This document shows positions 28,612 through 38,225 of a stretch of 56,071 bases of DNA, piece after piece. Both the position numbers and the translations under genes were made by a program. Source of the stretch: an uncultured virus (IMG/VR IMGVR_UViG_3300024272_000044) (lineage: Duplodnaviria > Heunggongvirae > Uroviricota > Caudoviricetes); the IMG/VR virus record IMGVR_UViG_3300024272_000044. One strand, 5' to 3'. A model generated the notes under the pieces. That model saw nothing but the letters and a program-made list of their open reading frames with translations. It searched no databases and was not told the DNA's origin. The stretch's first letter is position 1, and every line of letters begins with the position of its first letter.

Positions 28612-30234
28612 TTAAATATTTTTACCATGAACATTGGTTTTACGAGGAAAGATTTGTACTAGATTAATGGGTGTTAGTCTTTGGATTACCCCACCAAAAC
28701 AAACGCTATCACCTCTATCCATACGACCAAATGGCGTATGGATATGGACTACCACCTCCTCAATACTAACATCAACTCTCTTAACAAATACATTCAACAT
28801 GATTCTCATAAACTCATCGTCTATAGATTCGCAATCTTCTTTTACATCTTCAATAAATTGAATAATGTAATTTTCAATATCTTCAACTTGGATATCGTCT
28901 GCGTCTAAAATATTTTTTCTTTTTTCTAATTCTTCTTCAATTTGGAATCTGCGTCTTGTTAATTCACCGTTTTTATTATCTAACATTTCTTTGCTCATAT
29001 CACCATCCATATATAAGTCTGTTAGCCTTTCTTGCTTCTTAAATATTTGAGCCAATTCTTTTTTCAGTTGAGCAGTACTTACAACTGGCTCATCTCTCAT
29101 TTCAAGTATTTCTTTATAAGCCATTTGAGCAATCTCTTTAACTTGCTCTTTGTTTGTAACCGTATCAAGAACAGCTTTTAACACCTTTGGTTCAAACCAA
29201 TCTTTATTCAGGCTTGGATTTTTGCATCCATTTTTATGATTTGTTTTTCCAACGCATTTGTAGTAATAATTTAATTTACCATTTTTACCACCAGAACGTT
29301 TAGAGCCATTACCACAGATATGTTCTCCACAACAAGAGCAGAAAGTTTTACCAGTTAGATAATAATATCTTTTTTGACTTCTTTGTCTGCCATGCGTTTC
29401 AGAAGATTCATCGCATAATCTTTGAACGGTATTCCATAGTTCTTTGTTTATTGGATGACCTTTGATAATACCATCTAATCTGATAGTTTCTTTTTTGTCT
29501 ATTGTATAAACATAGTTGCCAATATATTTCTCATTTCTTAAAAGGTCGTAGAGTGTGCGAGTATTGAATTTTTTACCTCTTTGATTTCTATATCCCTCAG
29601 CGTTCAATCTTTCACAAATTTCTGTTTTAGGTATTCCAAGAGCAAACTCTTCAAAAATACGTTTCACAATTTTTGCATTTTCATTTGGGATATAATACCC
29701 ATCATCATCCAAAGAGTATCCAAATAAAACTTGACCTCCAGCATGTTTACCTTTTAATGCATTCTCTCTAAGACCTTTTCTAACTTCAGTTGCAAGGTTG
29801 GCAGAATAATATTGGTCTATTGTTTCAAGAAAACCCTCTAATAACTCACCCTCTGGTGTATCATCAATTTTTTGTGTTACAGAAATAACCTTAACACCAA
29901 TGTCTCTTAATTTCTTTTTATGCAAAGTACTATCAAATTTGTTACGAGCAAAACGATTAAACTTATGAACCAAAACATAATCTGCTTGTATATGACCCTT
30001 TAATAACTTTGTAATCATATTTTGAAAATCTTCACGGTCATCGTTTTTGCCAGTAAGTGCCTCATCGACAAACTCTTCAATTAATTCAATATTTTCTTTT
30101 TCACAATATTCACGAATTGCTCTTAATTGAGCATCAATACTTTCCTCACGTTGATTGTTAGAAGAGTATCTTGCATAAGCAACTGCTGTTTTTCTTGTTC
30201 GACTTCTTTCAATTGTTCTTGATATACTAGACAT
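28612..30234 (-). CDS. Large serine recombinase (phage integrase)
   Basis: YARYSS catalytic motif, NRFARN, recombinase domain, CSCC...YYKC...C zinc ribbon, coiled coil. Confidence 0.93.
   Translation of the reverse strand: MSSISRTIERSRTRKTAVAYARYSSNNQREESIDAQLRAIREYCEKENIELIEEFVDEALTGKNDDREDFQNMITKLLKGHIQADYVLVHKFNRFARNKFDSTLHKKKLRDIGVKVISVTQKIDDTPEGELLEGFLETIDQYYSANLATEVRKGLRENALKGKHAGGQVLFGYSLDDDGYYIPNENAKIVKRIFEEFALGIPKTEICERLNAEGYRNQRGKKFNTRTLYDLLRNEKYIGNYVYTIDKKETIRLDGIIKGHPINKELWNTVQRLCDESSETHGRQRSQKRYYYLTGKTFCSCCGEHICGNGSKRSGGKNGKLNYYYKCVGKTNHKNGCKNPSLNKDWFEPKVLKAVLDTVTNKEQVKEIAQMAYKEILEMRDEPVVSTAQLKKELAQIFKKQERLTDLYMDGDMSKEMLDNKNGELTRRRFQIEEELEKRKNILDADDIQVEDIENYIIQFIEDVKEDCESIDDEFMRIMLNVFVKRVDVSIEEVVVHIHTPFGRMDRGDSVCFGGVIQRLTPINLVQIFPRKTNVHGKNI
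28670..28713. other. Candidate attP within the integrase 3' end
   Basis: Imperfect IR GGTGTTAGTCTTTG / CAAACGCTATCACC (11/14) around a 16-bp centre. Confidence 0.5.
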
Positions 30235-30403
30235 ATCATATCACTCCTTTTAATTTATTTCTTATAACCTTTTTAATTACTACATCGCTATCACCTCCTA
30301 AATATATATTAACATAATAAAAATAATAAGTAAAATATATTGACTATGATAGTTTGATAGATTAATATAACAAATAAGGTTATAAAAAGGAGTAAAATGT
30401 TAT

Positions 30404-30520
30404 ATGAGAAATAAGAGAAAAGTTGTTATAAAACTAACAGAAAGTAAACTAGTAAATTACAAAACGTTAGCAAAGTATCTTGCTAAAAAATATATAAAAG
30501 ATGTAATGCAAAAATCGTAA
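30404..30520 (+). CDS. 38-aa basic peptide divergent from the integrase (possible directionality factor or regulator)
   Basis: MRNKRKVVIKLTESKLVNYKTLAKYLAKKYIKDVMQKS; AGGAG RBS; TTGACT-17-TAATAT promoter at 30340. Confidence 0.5.
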   Translation: MRNKRKVVIKLTESKLVNYKTLAKYLAKKYIKDVMQKS

Positions 30521-30549
30521 AAAAAAGGATATACCATAAAGGTATATCC
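30519..30549 (-). terminator. Intrinsic terminator ending the tail operon
   Basis: GGATATACC-ATAAA-GGTATATCC with T-run on the - strand. Confidence 0.75.
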
Positions 30550-30638
30550 CTATTTAAAATCGTCTACTAAGGCAAGACCTCTCCATAAATTTCTTCAGTT
30601 TTTTATTTACGGTTGCTTCTGACAAACCACCAAACATT

Positions 30639-31961
30639 TTATACGTCTGTTAATCTTTTGAAAAAGATTCTGCCAGCAATTCCAGCTTCAGGAAGCTCGT
30701 CACCAAACTGATTAGAAGACAAAATCATGTTTCCATCAAAACTCATATCGCCAGCAAACCAAGCGTTACCGTCCCAATCTAATGTATGTGCATTAGATGG
30801 ATTATTATATTTACCGTTACCAACAATATGAGCATATTTATTAATAGCAGCACCATTTTCATCTACGTCTGGAATATTGTACTTTCCTTGAACGTGCTGA
30901 TAGTCGCTAGCTGCTGTTGTTTCATATCCTTCGGCATGAGAACCATATCCAATAGCTCTAGTATTACTACCCTCTGCATGAGCTCCAATACCAGAAGATA
31001 TTGTAAATCTGCCCTCTGCATGTGCATGGTCTGCCGATGCAGATGTTCGATATCCCTCTGCATGAGAAGATTCTCCACTTGCTACCGAAAGACATCCTTC
31101 AGCATGAGAATATTGACGTGTAGCTTCTGTTTTATTTCCCTCTGCATGAGATGCATATGCAGACGCAACTGTTTCGCTTCCAGATGCAAAAGAATTTTCA
31201 GACGAAGCAGTACAGTCTGTATTAATTGCCACAGAATTTTTTCCAATAGTGCTTCCATCTTTTCTACCAGTTGGTATATATGTTTCTTTGTTATATTTAT
31301 GCAAAGAAGCCAGCGATTCCACTGTAACCACTTTATCTTTGCCGCTTTTTTCTTTCCAAACAGCGTACAATGTTATATCACTTGTAATGACAATGCCAGA
31401 ACCACTTGAATATTTATATGACATATTAGAATCTGGAGATGTATCCCATCCTAAAAATCCATATCCTATTCTAGTTGGTTTTTGTGAGCTTAAATAAGTT
31501 GTCTTGCTGTAAAGACCAGTGGTTGGACTTGGAGTACCTTCACCACCATTTGCATCATAAGTGATAGTATGTTCAGTCCAATTCATACGCATATCAAAAT
31601 CAAACTCAGACTCGCTAAAAATCGCACTGGATTCTGGCATTATAATCTTAGCATAAACCATGTCATCAGTTAAACCATCCCAAATAAAACAATCTGAATC
31701 CGATTTGCTATACAATAAAGAGTATTCATTTGAACCAAAGCTAATATTACTATCTAATAATAATGGTCTTGTTTCGCCATTAATTTTAATATAAATTTTA
31801 TTAGCAACACTATCATAAATTTCAGTATTGCCATCATATTTTCCTCTTATTCTAGTAATTTTTAAACTTCCGTTTAAACATGTAAAGTCTACAGTAATTT
31901 GTGCATTTTCAAGAAAAAGGTCATTATCGCTATGCGAACATCTTAACAATACATAACTCAT
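30639..31961 (-). CDS. Tail/adhesin protein: InlB-B repeat plus YadA-head-like SHAEG repeats
   Basis: TITYDANGG...TLYAVW; 14-aa xSHAEG repeats. Confidence 0.75.
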   Translation of the reverse strand: MSYVLLRCSHSDNDLFLENAQITVDFTCLNGSLKITRIRGKYDGNTEIYDSVANKIYIKINGETRPLLLDSNISFGSNEYSLLYSKSDSDCFIWDGLTDDMVYAKIIMPESSAIFSESEFDFDMRMNWTEHTITYDANGGEGTPSPTTGLYSKTTYLSSQKPTRIGYGFLGWDTSPDSNMSYKYSSGSGIVITSDITLYAVWKEKSGKDKVVTVESLASLHKYNKETYIPTGRKDGSTIGKNSVAINTDCTASSENSFASGSETVASAYASHAEGNKTEATRQYSHAEGCLSVASGESSHAEGYRTSASADHAHAEGRFTISSGIGAHAEGSNTRAIGYGSHAEGYETTAASDYQHVQGKYNIPDVDENGAAINKYAHIVGNGKYNNPSNAHTLDWDGNAWFAGDMSFDGNMILSSNQFGDELPEAGIAGRIFFKRLTDV

Positions 31962-31977
31962 TATATCCACCTCCAAT

Positions 31978-33342
31978 TTAACTTATAATATTCCAATTTT
32001 CACCATCATCTACATACATAAGATATAACTCCCAATCAGTTCCATTATCTATGTATGCAAGATATGGCTCAAATGAAGTTCCGTTATCTATATAAACAAC
32101 ACCTGATATTTCCCAAACCGCAAACATAGTATATTCACTTATTGAATATTCATCACCGCTAACCCAAGAATCTCCAAATATAAGCTCTACATGATTTTCA
32201 TATAATCTTTTTGTATAGCCATTTGCTATAATTTCATCATCGGTCAGCCATCCAACATTTGGTACATACCAAGTCATATCTTTATCTCTGCGAGCGTGCC
32301 ATCCAACAAACTTATAACCCTCACGCTTAAAGACATTATCCGATAAAGTAAAAGTGGATAACCATTCTACAGATTGCTGGCTTATATATCCGCTACCACC
32401 ATTAGAATCATAGTTAAACTTATATACATTTTTGTTCCATTGAGGATATACATTAATAGAATCATTACCATTTGCAATGGTTTTTCCAAACGCTTTAGCA
32501 AGTGACTCGCCAGTATATGATGTAGCTTCGTTTACTAAAGTTCCACCGCTTGTAGAAGTGCCCCAATATCCAGTAGGAGTATAACCAATTCTTGATAGAT
32601 ACAAGTACGATGTATTCTGAACATTAGATAATCCGTTTGTATATGAATCATCGTATAAAAATTGATTTTCCGCAACCTTAATATTTGTATTCGAAGTTAC
32701 ATTTAATGCACTTCCCTGATAAGCACCATAAGTAGCATAGTTACTATAGTAATTTACAGTAAATATATTTTCTGTCCAAATAGCATATAACGCAACAGCG
32801 CTATTAGCTGTATAATTAGCGCCAGCATTATAACTAGTACCACTACCGTCTTCTTTTGTATTCCATTTGCTAAAAGTGTAGCCAGTTCTTGTTGGAATTT
32901 TAGTGTCTAATTTTAATGCTGTTCCATATGTTTTCGTTTGATTTGATGGTACACCAGAAACATTGCTACCGTTTGCATTATATGAAATGGTGTATGTCGG
33001 TTTTTCAAGTGTAAGAGTTTTTTCTTCCGTAGTTGCTGTATGATAATACGGTCTTCCAGACAATACAACTTTAAAAGAGCCATAGCTACCAATATTATAA
33101 GTTCCTTCTTTAGAACCTTTTGCCGCTGGAAACGCATGAGTTGTATAATCTGTTATAGTATCTTTAGAATAAACGCTATGTCCATTAATAGTACAATTAA
33201 TTGGACTCGCAGTATAATAATTATCGCTTCCACCTAAAACTTCAAACTTCCATGATACGGTAGTAGATGTCCCAGATTGAGTTACTGTAAATTTATAATA
33301 ACGACCATCATAAGAGTTAGAAGATAAACTTACGCTTGCCAT
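31978..33342 (-). CDS. Tail protein with InlB-B (Flg_new) repeats
   Basis: YTISYNANG...PTRTGYTFSKWNT...LYAIW repeats. Confidence 0.75.
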   Translation of the reverse strand: MASVSLSSNSYDGRYYKFTVTQSGTSTTVSWKFEVLGGSDNYYTASPINCTINGHSVYSKDTITDYTTHAFPAAKGSKEGTYNIGSYGSFKVVLSGRPYYHTATTEEKTLTLEKPTYTISYNANGSNVSGVPSNQTKTYGTALKLDTKIPTRTGYTFSKWNTKEDGSGTSYNAGANYTANSAVALYAIWTENIFTVNYYSNYATYGAYQGSALNVTSNTNIKVAENQFLYDDSYTNGLSNVQNTSYLYLSRIGYTPTGYWGTSTSGGTLVNEATSYTGESLAKAFGKTIANGNDSINVYPQWNKNVYKFNYDSNGGSGYISQQSVEWLSTFTLSDNVFKREGYKFVGWHARRDKDMTWYVPNVGWLTDDEIIANGYTKRLYENHVELIFGDSWVSGDEYSISEYTMFAVWEISGVVYIDNGTSFEPYLAYIDNGTDWELYLMYVDDGENWNIIS

Positions 33343-33380
33343 AATACCACCATCCTTTCATTCATGATTAATCATTATCT

Positions 33381-33412
33381 AAAAAATGGCAGTGTATTTT
33401 TCAACACTGCCA
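33381..33412 (-). terminator. Intrinsic terminator
   Basis: TGGCAGTGT/ACACTGCCA stem with T-run on the - strand. Confidence 0.7.
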
Positions 33413-33422
33413 CTTAAAATTA

Positions 33423-33659
33423 TTATTTTAATTCATTAATTTTTTCTCTGCAATATTCTCTGCAATTCAAGATTTCGGTATAATCACCAATTTCTTTTCC
33501 CATAATCTGAGCTTCAATTATTTTATTTGGTATGTGGTCTGTTTGAATTAAGAAGGTGGTGTAGAATGTTATTTCTGTATCCATAGTGTCCCCGAACATT
33601 TCTTTGTACTCGTCCAAACTAACCATATTATATTTATTTAATAATTCTATTGAAATCAT
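33423..33659 (-). CDS. Small tail-associated protein (fibre-assembly-like)
   Basis: FLIQTDHIPNKIIE...REYCREKINEL; context. Confidence 0.55.
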   Translation of the reverse strand: MISIELLNKYNMVSLDEYKEMFGDTMDTEITFYTTFLIQTDHIPNKIIEAQIMGKEIGDYTEILNCREYCREKINELK

Positions 33660-33679
33660 TTTAAACCCCCATTATAATT

Positions 33680-34165
33680 CTAAACTAATGACCCTTTTAC
33701 TATAAACGATACAACCCCAGTTACTGCGGTTGACATTGTCGTAGGTCTTGCACAATAATATGTACCAGTAGATGTTGTTGTATTATAATTAGGTATTACC
33801 CAGTAACTACCATCAGCAGTGTAAAGGCTAATTGATTGAGCTGGTCTTCTGGCAAATTCAAAAGGATAGTCAATTGCCGAACCTTTAATTATATAAGAGT
33901 TTCCCCATGCCGTTGGATTAGCTGCTATAGTAACTTGTTCGCTACACCAACATTCTAAATATCCGTTATTCCATCTTCTAAAAGTCCATTCGCCACTAGT
34001 TGCTTCTTCAACAATGAAGTCGCCCATTTTATTTACATCATCTAAATTATCAAGTACACTATTTAAAGTTTCTCCGCTCTCAGTTATAACCTGAGAACTT
34101 AAAGTTTTAGGAGCGAATTTTTCTCCATTGTTATCTTTTAACCAACCTGTATTTGCTGTTGACAT
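33680..34165 (-). CDS. Short tail-fibre-like protein
   Basis: DFIVEE...WTFRRWNNGYLECW...YPFEF C-terminal fibre domain. Confidence 0.65.
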   Translation of the reverse strand: MSTANTGWLKDNNGEKFAPKTLSSQVITESGETLNSVLDNLDDVNKMGDFIVEEATSGEWTFRRWNNGYLECWCSEQVTIAANPTAWGNSYIIKGSAIDYPFEFARRPAQSISLYTADGSYWVIPNYNTTTSTGTYYCARPTTMSTAVTGVVSFIVKGSLV

Positions 34166-34180
34166 TTTCAAATTCCTCCT

Positions 34181-35242
34181 TTATTTATCCTGAGTTTCAA
34201 TCTCAGTACTATTTTTAAGTTTTTCTAAAAATTCAAAAATGCTCATACAAGGGATGATTCCGTTCATCTTGTCACCCATATAAGCATTTCTTATAACATT
34301 ATTATATTGCTGTGCAAAAATTTCTTCAGAAATATCATTTTCTAAATATTTATATATTTCATCATAATATCTTTGACACCATTTAAAGTTTGTTTCTGCA
34401 TGTTCGTTTGCACGAGCATAGCATTCAATGTAATACTGATAAATATTAATCATGCAATCTACGGCAAACATTGTAATCATTCCATTATATGGAGCACGTT
34501 TTCTAGCTTCTTTAATTGCAAATATCATATTTTCAACATATCCATAAAAACTATCACGTTCAGAACTCCCATAACTATACTGACAATCATTAGCTCTTGT
34601 AATACTATTTAAGTTTTCATGCCAATAATAAACATGGGCTGGTATGAAATTAATTTGTTCTTGTTCTGATAAACAAAGACGAATCATTGTGTTAAAACCA
34701 TTATCTTCATTTGCACGAGAAGTTTCATGAAAATGAATGTTGTATTTATCTATTAAACTTCGTCTATAAAGCTTACCAAACATCCATACCATATCATATT
34801 CATGTGGCATTAAAATAGGCGCATCCATTGGATTTACATCTGTTTCATGAATTTCATCAAACACGCCTACACACATATGATATAAGCCGTTGTTCATTTC
34901 AATGCCTTTTTTAAGAGCTTTCAATGCGAAAGCTCCATTAAAAGTATCATCAGCATCAATAAATGTTACATATCCATTCGATGTGTTGTCAAGTCCATAT
35001 TGACGAGCAACACCAGCACCACCATTTGTTTCATAACGCAAAATATTAACTTTCATAATAGATTCAAAATTTTTTGCAACCTTATGATAATTTTGTTTGG
35101 TAGACGCATCGTCTACAATCGTAACCTCAATATCTTCAACAATATCTTGACAAGCAATAGATGATAAGCATCTAAAAAGAATGTTGTCTGACACATTGTA
35201 AGCTGGAATAATTACATCAATCTTTTTATTATATCTTTTCAT
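34181..35242 (-). CDS. Family 2 glycosyltransferase
   Basis: VIIPAYN, IVDDAS, GAGVARQYGL, FIDADD, ANED. Confidence 0.9.
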   Translation of the reverse strand: MKRYNKKIDVIIPAYNVSDNILFRCLSSIACQDIVEDIEVTIVDDASTKQNYHKVAKNFESIMKVNILRYETNGGAGVARQYGLDNTSNGYVTFIDADDTFNGAFALKALKKGIEMNNGLYHMCVGVFDEIHETDVNPMDAPILMPHEYDMVWMFGKLYRRSLIDKYNIHFHETSRANEDNGFNTMIRLCLSEQEQINFIPAHVYYWHENLNSITRANDCQYSYGSSERDSFYGYVENMIFAIKEARKRAPYNGMITMFAVDCMINIYQYYIECYARANEHAETNFKWCQRYYDEIYKYLENDISEEIFAQQYNNVIRNAYMGDKMNGIIPCMSIFEFLEKLKNSTEIETQDK

Positions 35243-35292
35243 ATCATTTTCTCCTTTTATAAAATTGAATTCATATTGTTTTTATAACAGCA

Positions 35293-36663
35293 TTATAACC
35301 TACGTATATAGATATTACGTTTCGCAATATAATGACACACAGAATTACTCGCAAATGAAACACTAACTCCAAATAACGAATTAGCATTTTGTGTTGTTAA
35401 AGCATTCCATGTCTTTGTATTATAATATGCATATATGATAATTCTTTTACTATTATTTTTATTCCAAAAGCAATTTTTTACATTTGTAATATTGTTGTTG
35501 TAACAATACATTGTACCAACTAAATTAGAACAATTATAATACGCATAAGCCAAATTTGTTACATTATTTCCGCATACAGGAGCGCCAGTAAGACCATCGC
35601 AGTCATAATATGCATAAGCTAAACTTTTTACATTGTTGCCGCATACAGGCTTACCAGTAAGACCATAACAATTACAATATGCATAAGCTAGGTCAGTCAC
35701 TTTTTCTCCGCATACTGGAGAGCCAGTAAGACCATCGCAATTACGATATGCAGAAGCCATATTCGTTACATTATTTCCGCATACAGGCTTACCAGTAAGA
35801 CCATAGCAGCCATGATATGTATAAGATAGACTAGTTATCTTATCCCCACATACTGGAGAACCAGTAAGATTATGACAGTTTATATACGCCCCATACATAT
35901 TTGTTACATTATTTCCACATACTGGAATTCCAGTAATATTTTCGCAATCCTTATACGCATACATCATATTAACCACACTATTTCCACATACAGGATTACC
36001 AGTAAGCTTACGACAACCTTCATATGTGCTATACATATTTGTTACCTTGTTCCCACATACAGGACTTCCAGTAAGACTTACACAGCCATAATATGTTTTG
36101 AACATTATTTGCACATTATTTCCACATACTGGCATGCCAGTTATTTTACTACAATCTTCATACGTACTAGACATATTTGTTACTTTATTTCCGCATACAG
36201 GAGTCCCAGTAAGACCATAACAATTATAATACGTATTAGCCATATTTATTACATTATTTCCACATAAAGGAGCTCCAGTAAGCTTAGAACAATTATAATA
36301 TGCAGAAGCCAAATTTGTTACATTATTTCCGCATACAGGAGCGCCAGTAAGACCATAACAGTCACGATATGTATAAGCCAAATTTGTTACATTATTTCCG
36401 CATACAGGATTACCAGTAAGATTAACGCATCGACAATATGCATAACTCATATTTGTCACACCATTGCTACAAACTGGAGAACCAGTAAGATTAGTGCAAT
36501 TATAATATGTAGAACTCATATCAGTTATATCAGGATGATTAAAATTAACACTAATTAAATTCGTCATATTGTTAAATGCGTTACTAAAATCACCACTTGA
36601 CAAACTTATAGAATTTGGAATAATAACATTTGTAATATTAGGATAATTTCTAAAATTAATCAT
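35293..36663 (-). CDS. 22-aa tandem-repeat (BspA/LRR-like solenoid) protein
   Basis: About 15 repeats of LTGxPVCGxxVTN(M/L)xx(A/T)YxxCxx; 66-bp DNA periodicity. Confidence 0.8.
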   Translation of the reverse strand: MINFRNYPNITNVIIPNSISLSSGDFSNAFNNMTNLISVNFNHPDITDMSSTYYNCTNLTGSPVCSNGVTNMSYAYCRCVNLTGNPVCGNNVTNLAYTYRDCYGLTGAPVCGNNVTNLASAYYNCSKLTGAPLCGNNVINMANTYYNCYGLTGTPVCGNKVTNMSSTYEDCSKITGMPVCGNNVQIMFKTYYGCVSLTGSPVCGNKVTNMYSTYEGCRKLTGNPVCGNSVVNMMYAYKDCENITGIPVCGNNVTNMYGAYINCHNLTGSPVCGDKITSLSYTYHGCYGLTGKPVCGNNVTNMASAYRNCDGLTGSPVCGEKVTDLAYAYCNCYGLTGKPVCGNNVKSLAYAYYDCDGLTGAPVCGNNVTNLAYAYYNCSNLVGTMYCYNNNITNVKNCFWNKNNSKRIIIYAYYNTKTWNALTTQNANSLFGVSVSFASNSVCHYIAKRNIYIRRL

Positions 36664-36678
36664 ATATATCACCCCTCC

Positions 36679-36909
36679 CTATAATACTAATCTGCTATCG
36701 TCAGGAATAATAAGCTTGGTACTTGGTTCGCCATTCAGTGTTCCTTTCCAATCGGTAATTGTATATGTGCCATTACCATTTGAGCTTATTTCAAAATCTT
36801 CTAAATAAAAACTTTCCCAAACAACAACTCCGTTATATATAACCTTGTCTAAGGAAACGCCATTATAAATAATATTGTCTACTTGAGTACCATTTACAAT
36901 TAAACTCAT
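36679..36909 (-). CDS. Small tail-module protein
   Basis: AGGAGG RBS; in frame with the downstream repeat gene. Confidence 0.65.
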   Translation of the reverse strand: MSLIVNGTQVDNIIYNGVSLDKVIYNGVVVWESFYLEDFEISSNGNGTYTITDWKGTLNGEPSTKLIIPDDSRLVL

Positions 36910-36921
36910 AAAAACGCCTCC

Positions 36922-37146
36922 TTATTTTGTTGTTATTGTCAAAGTAGTTCCATCTAATGTAAATGTAGGCATAGAACTATCTACATATTCCTTTAATTCT
37001 AAAACAGTCATCTCTGCCTCTACATCAGTAGAGCCATCATATGTATCTATATAAGCAACCGATTCTGCATCAGCCTTATTTCCAATTTTCGCATTAATAT
37101 GCATCCACATTCTTTCAAATGCTTTATAAATTGATTGATTTGCCAT
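36922..37146 (-). CDS. Small tail-module protein
   Basis: AGGAGG RBS; ends FTLDGTTLTITTK. Confidence 0.65.
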   Translation of the reverse strand: MANQSIYKAFERMWMHINAKIGNKADAESVAYIDTYDGSTDVEAEMTVLELKEYVDSSMPTFTLDGTTLTITTK

Positions 37147-37252
37147 TTTTTATTCCTCCTTTTATATTTATAAGGATTTACAATAAAGGGCTACTAATTT
37201 ATTAAACCAGTAGCCTATAAAAGTGTTATTTTATTATCAGTTTATTATTGTT

Positions 37253-37660
37253 TTACCATGCTGCATATACATATTTGCCAGCCGCAAATGTTTCATTATA
37301 TGTAGATGTTAATCCAATGCTTCCAGTGTTTTTATTATATTCTATGAAACCCTCATCATAAGTTGTAAAGATTTCACCTTGATATGCAATACTATTGCCG
37401 CAAATATTATCATATATACAAACATTACAAACACAAGCTCTATTAGATGAAATGTCTGACAAATCTGAATATATTAGCAATACATTATCTTTTCCAATAA
37501 CATCTGGAACTACAACAGCAGTATCATCTGATAAAGTTGTTACTGTGCCGTAAACAAATGAATTATTTCCAGAACCAGAACCCTCAGGAAGTGTGTTTAT
37601 GGCTTCAAGAATTGAACCAAGGTCAATATTATTATTTTGTAATTCTACTTTATAATCCAT
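37253..37660 (-). CDS. Tail-module protein
   Basis: AGGAGG RBS; N-terminal coil, GSGSG linker, beta-rich domain. Confidence 0.65.
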   Translation of the reverse strand: MDYKVELQNNNIDLGSILEAINTLPEGSGSGNNSFVYGTVTTLSDDTAVVVPDVIGKDNVLLIYSDLSDISSNRACVCNVCIYDNICGNSIAYQGEIFTTYDEGFIEYNKNTGSIGLTSTYNETFAAGKYVYAAW

Positions 37661-37676
37661 AAATTATCCCTCCTTA

Positions 37677-38225
37677 TTACATTCCAACTGAAATATTGAT
37701 TTCTGTATTTGGTTCGTTTGGTATAGTAAAATAGTGGTATGTTGTTGCGATAGGAGTTTCAGTATTTGAACCAATATATACCGTATGTTCACTTGCACCA
37801 AAAGTACTATTTATAGGAATAACCATAGCTAAACTTCCACAAATTACATTTTCTAAAGAAGTACTATTCAAGCCATCAATTTCCCCAGTATTAGACACGC
37901 ATACTTTACCTCCATTTAGAGTTGAAACTATGAATTTTAATCGTGTTTGACCATATATTATATCGTTCCAAAAATTTACAGTACAAGTGTCAACAGATGT
38001 TCCACTAGAACCTACAACCTTGTTTTCCAAAGCTGTTTGAATCTGTGCAATAAGATTGTTCTGAGTTGCAACTTCTTCATCCAAATTAACAGAAGCTCCG
38101 CTAGAAGACTTAATACCATCAATCATTTCACCAATAGTAAGGTCTTTGGTTTCACCAGTTTTACTACGAACAGCGTCTGCAATAGAAACAACGTCCTGAC
38201 GTTCAATAATTACTAAATCACTCAT
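37677..38225 (-). CDS. Tail-module protein
   Basis: SIADAVRSKTG N-terminus seen in Firmicutes phage fibre genes. Confidence 0.65.
   Translation of the reverse strand: MSDLVIIERQDVVSIADAVRSKTGETKDLTIGEMIDGIKSSSGASVNLDEEVATQNNLIAQIQTALENKVVGSSGTSVDTCTVNFWNDIIYGQTRLKFIVSTLNGGKVCVSNTGEIDGLNSTSLENVICGSLAMVIPINSTFGASEHTVYIGSNTETPIATTYHYFTIPNEPNTEINISVGM

Noticed and set aside
30555..30638. 27-codon - strand ORF after the last tail gene
   Set aside because: No RBS and no recognisable features.
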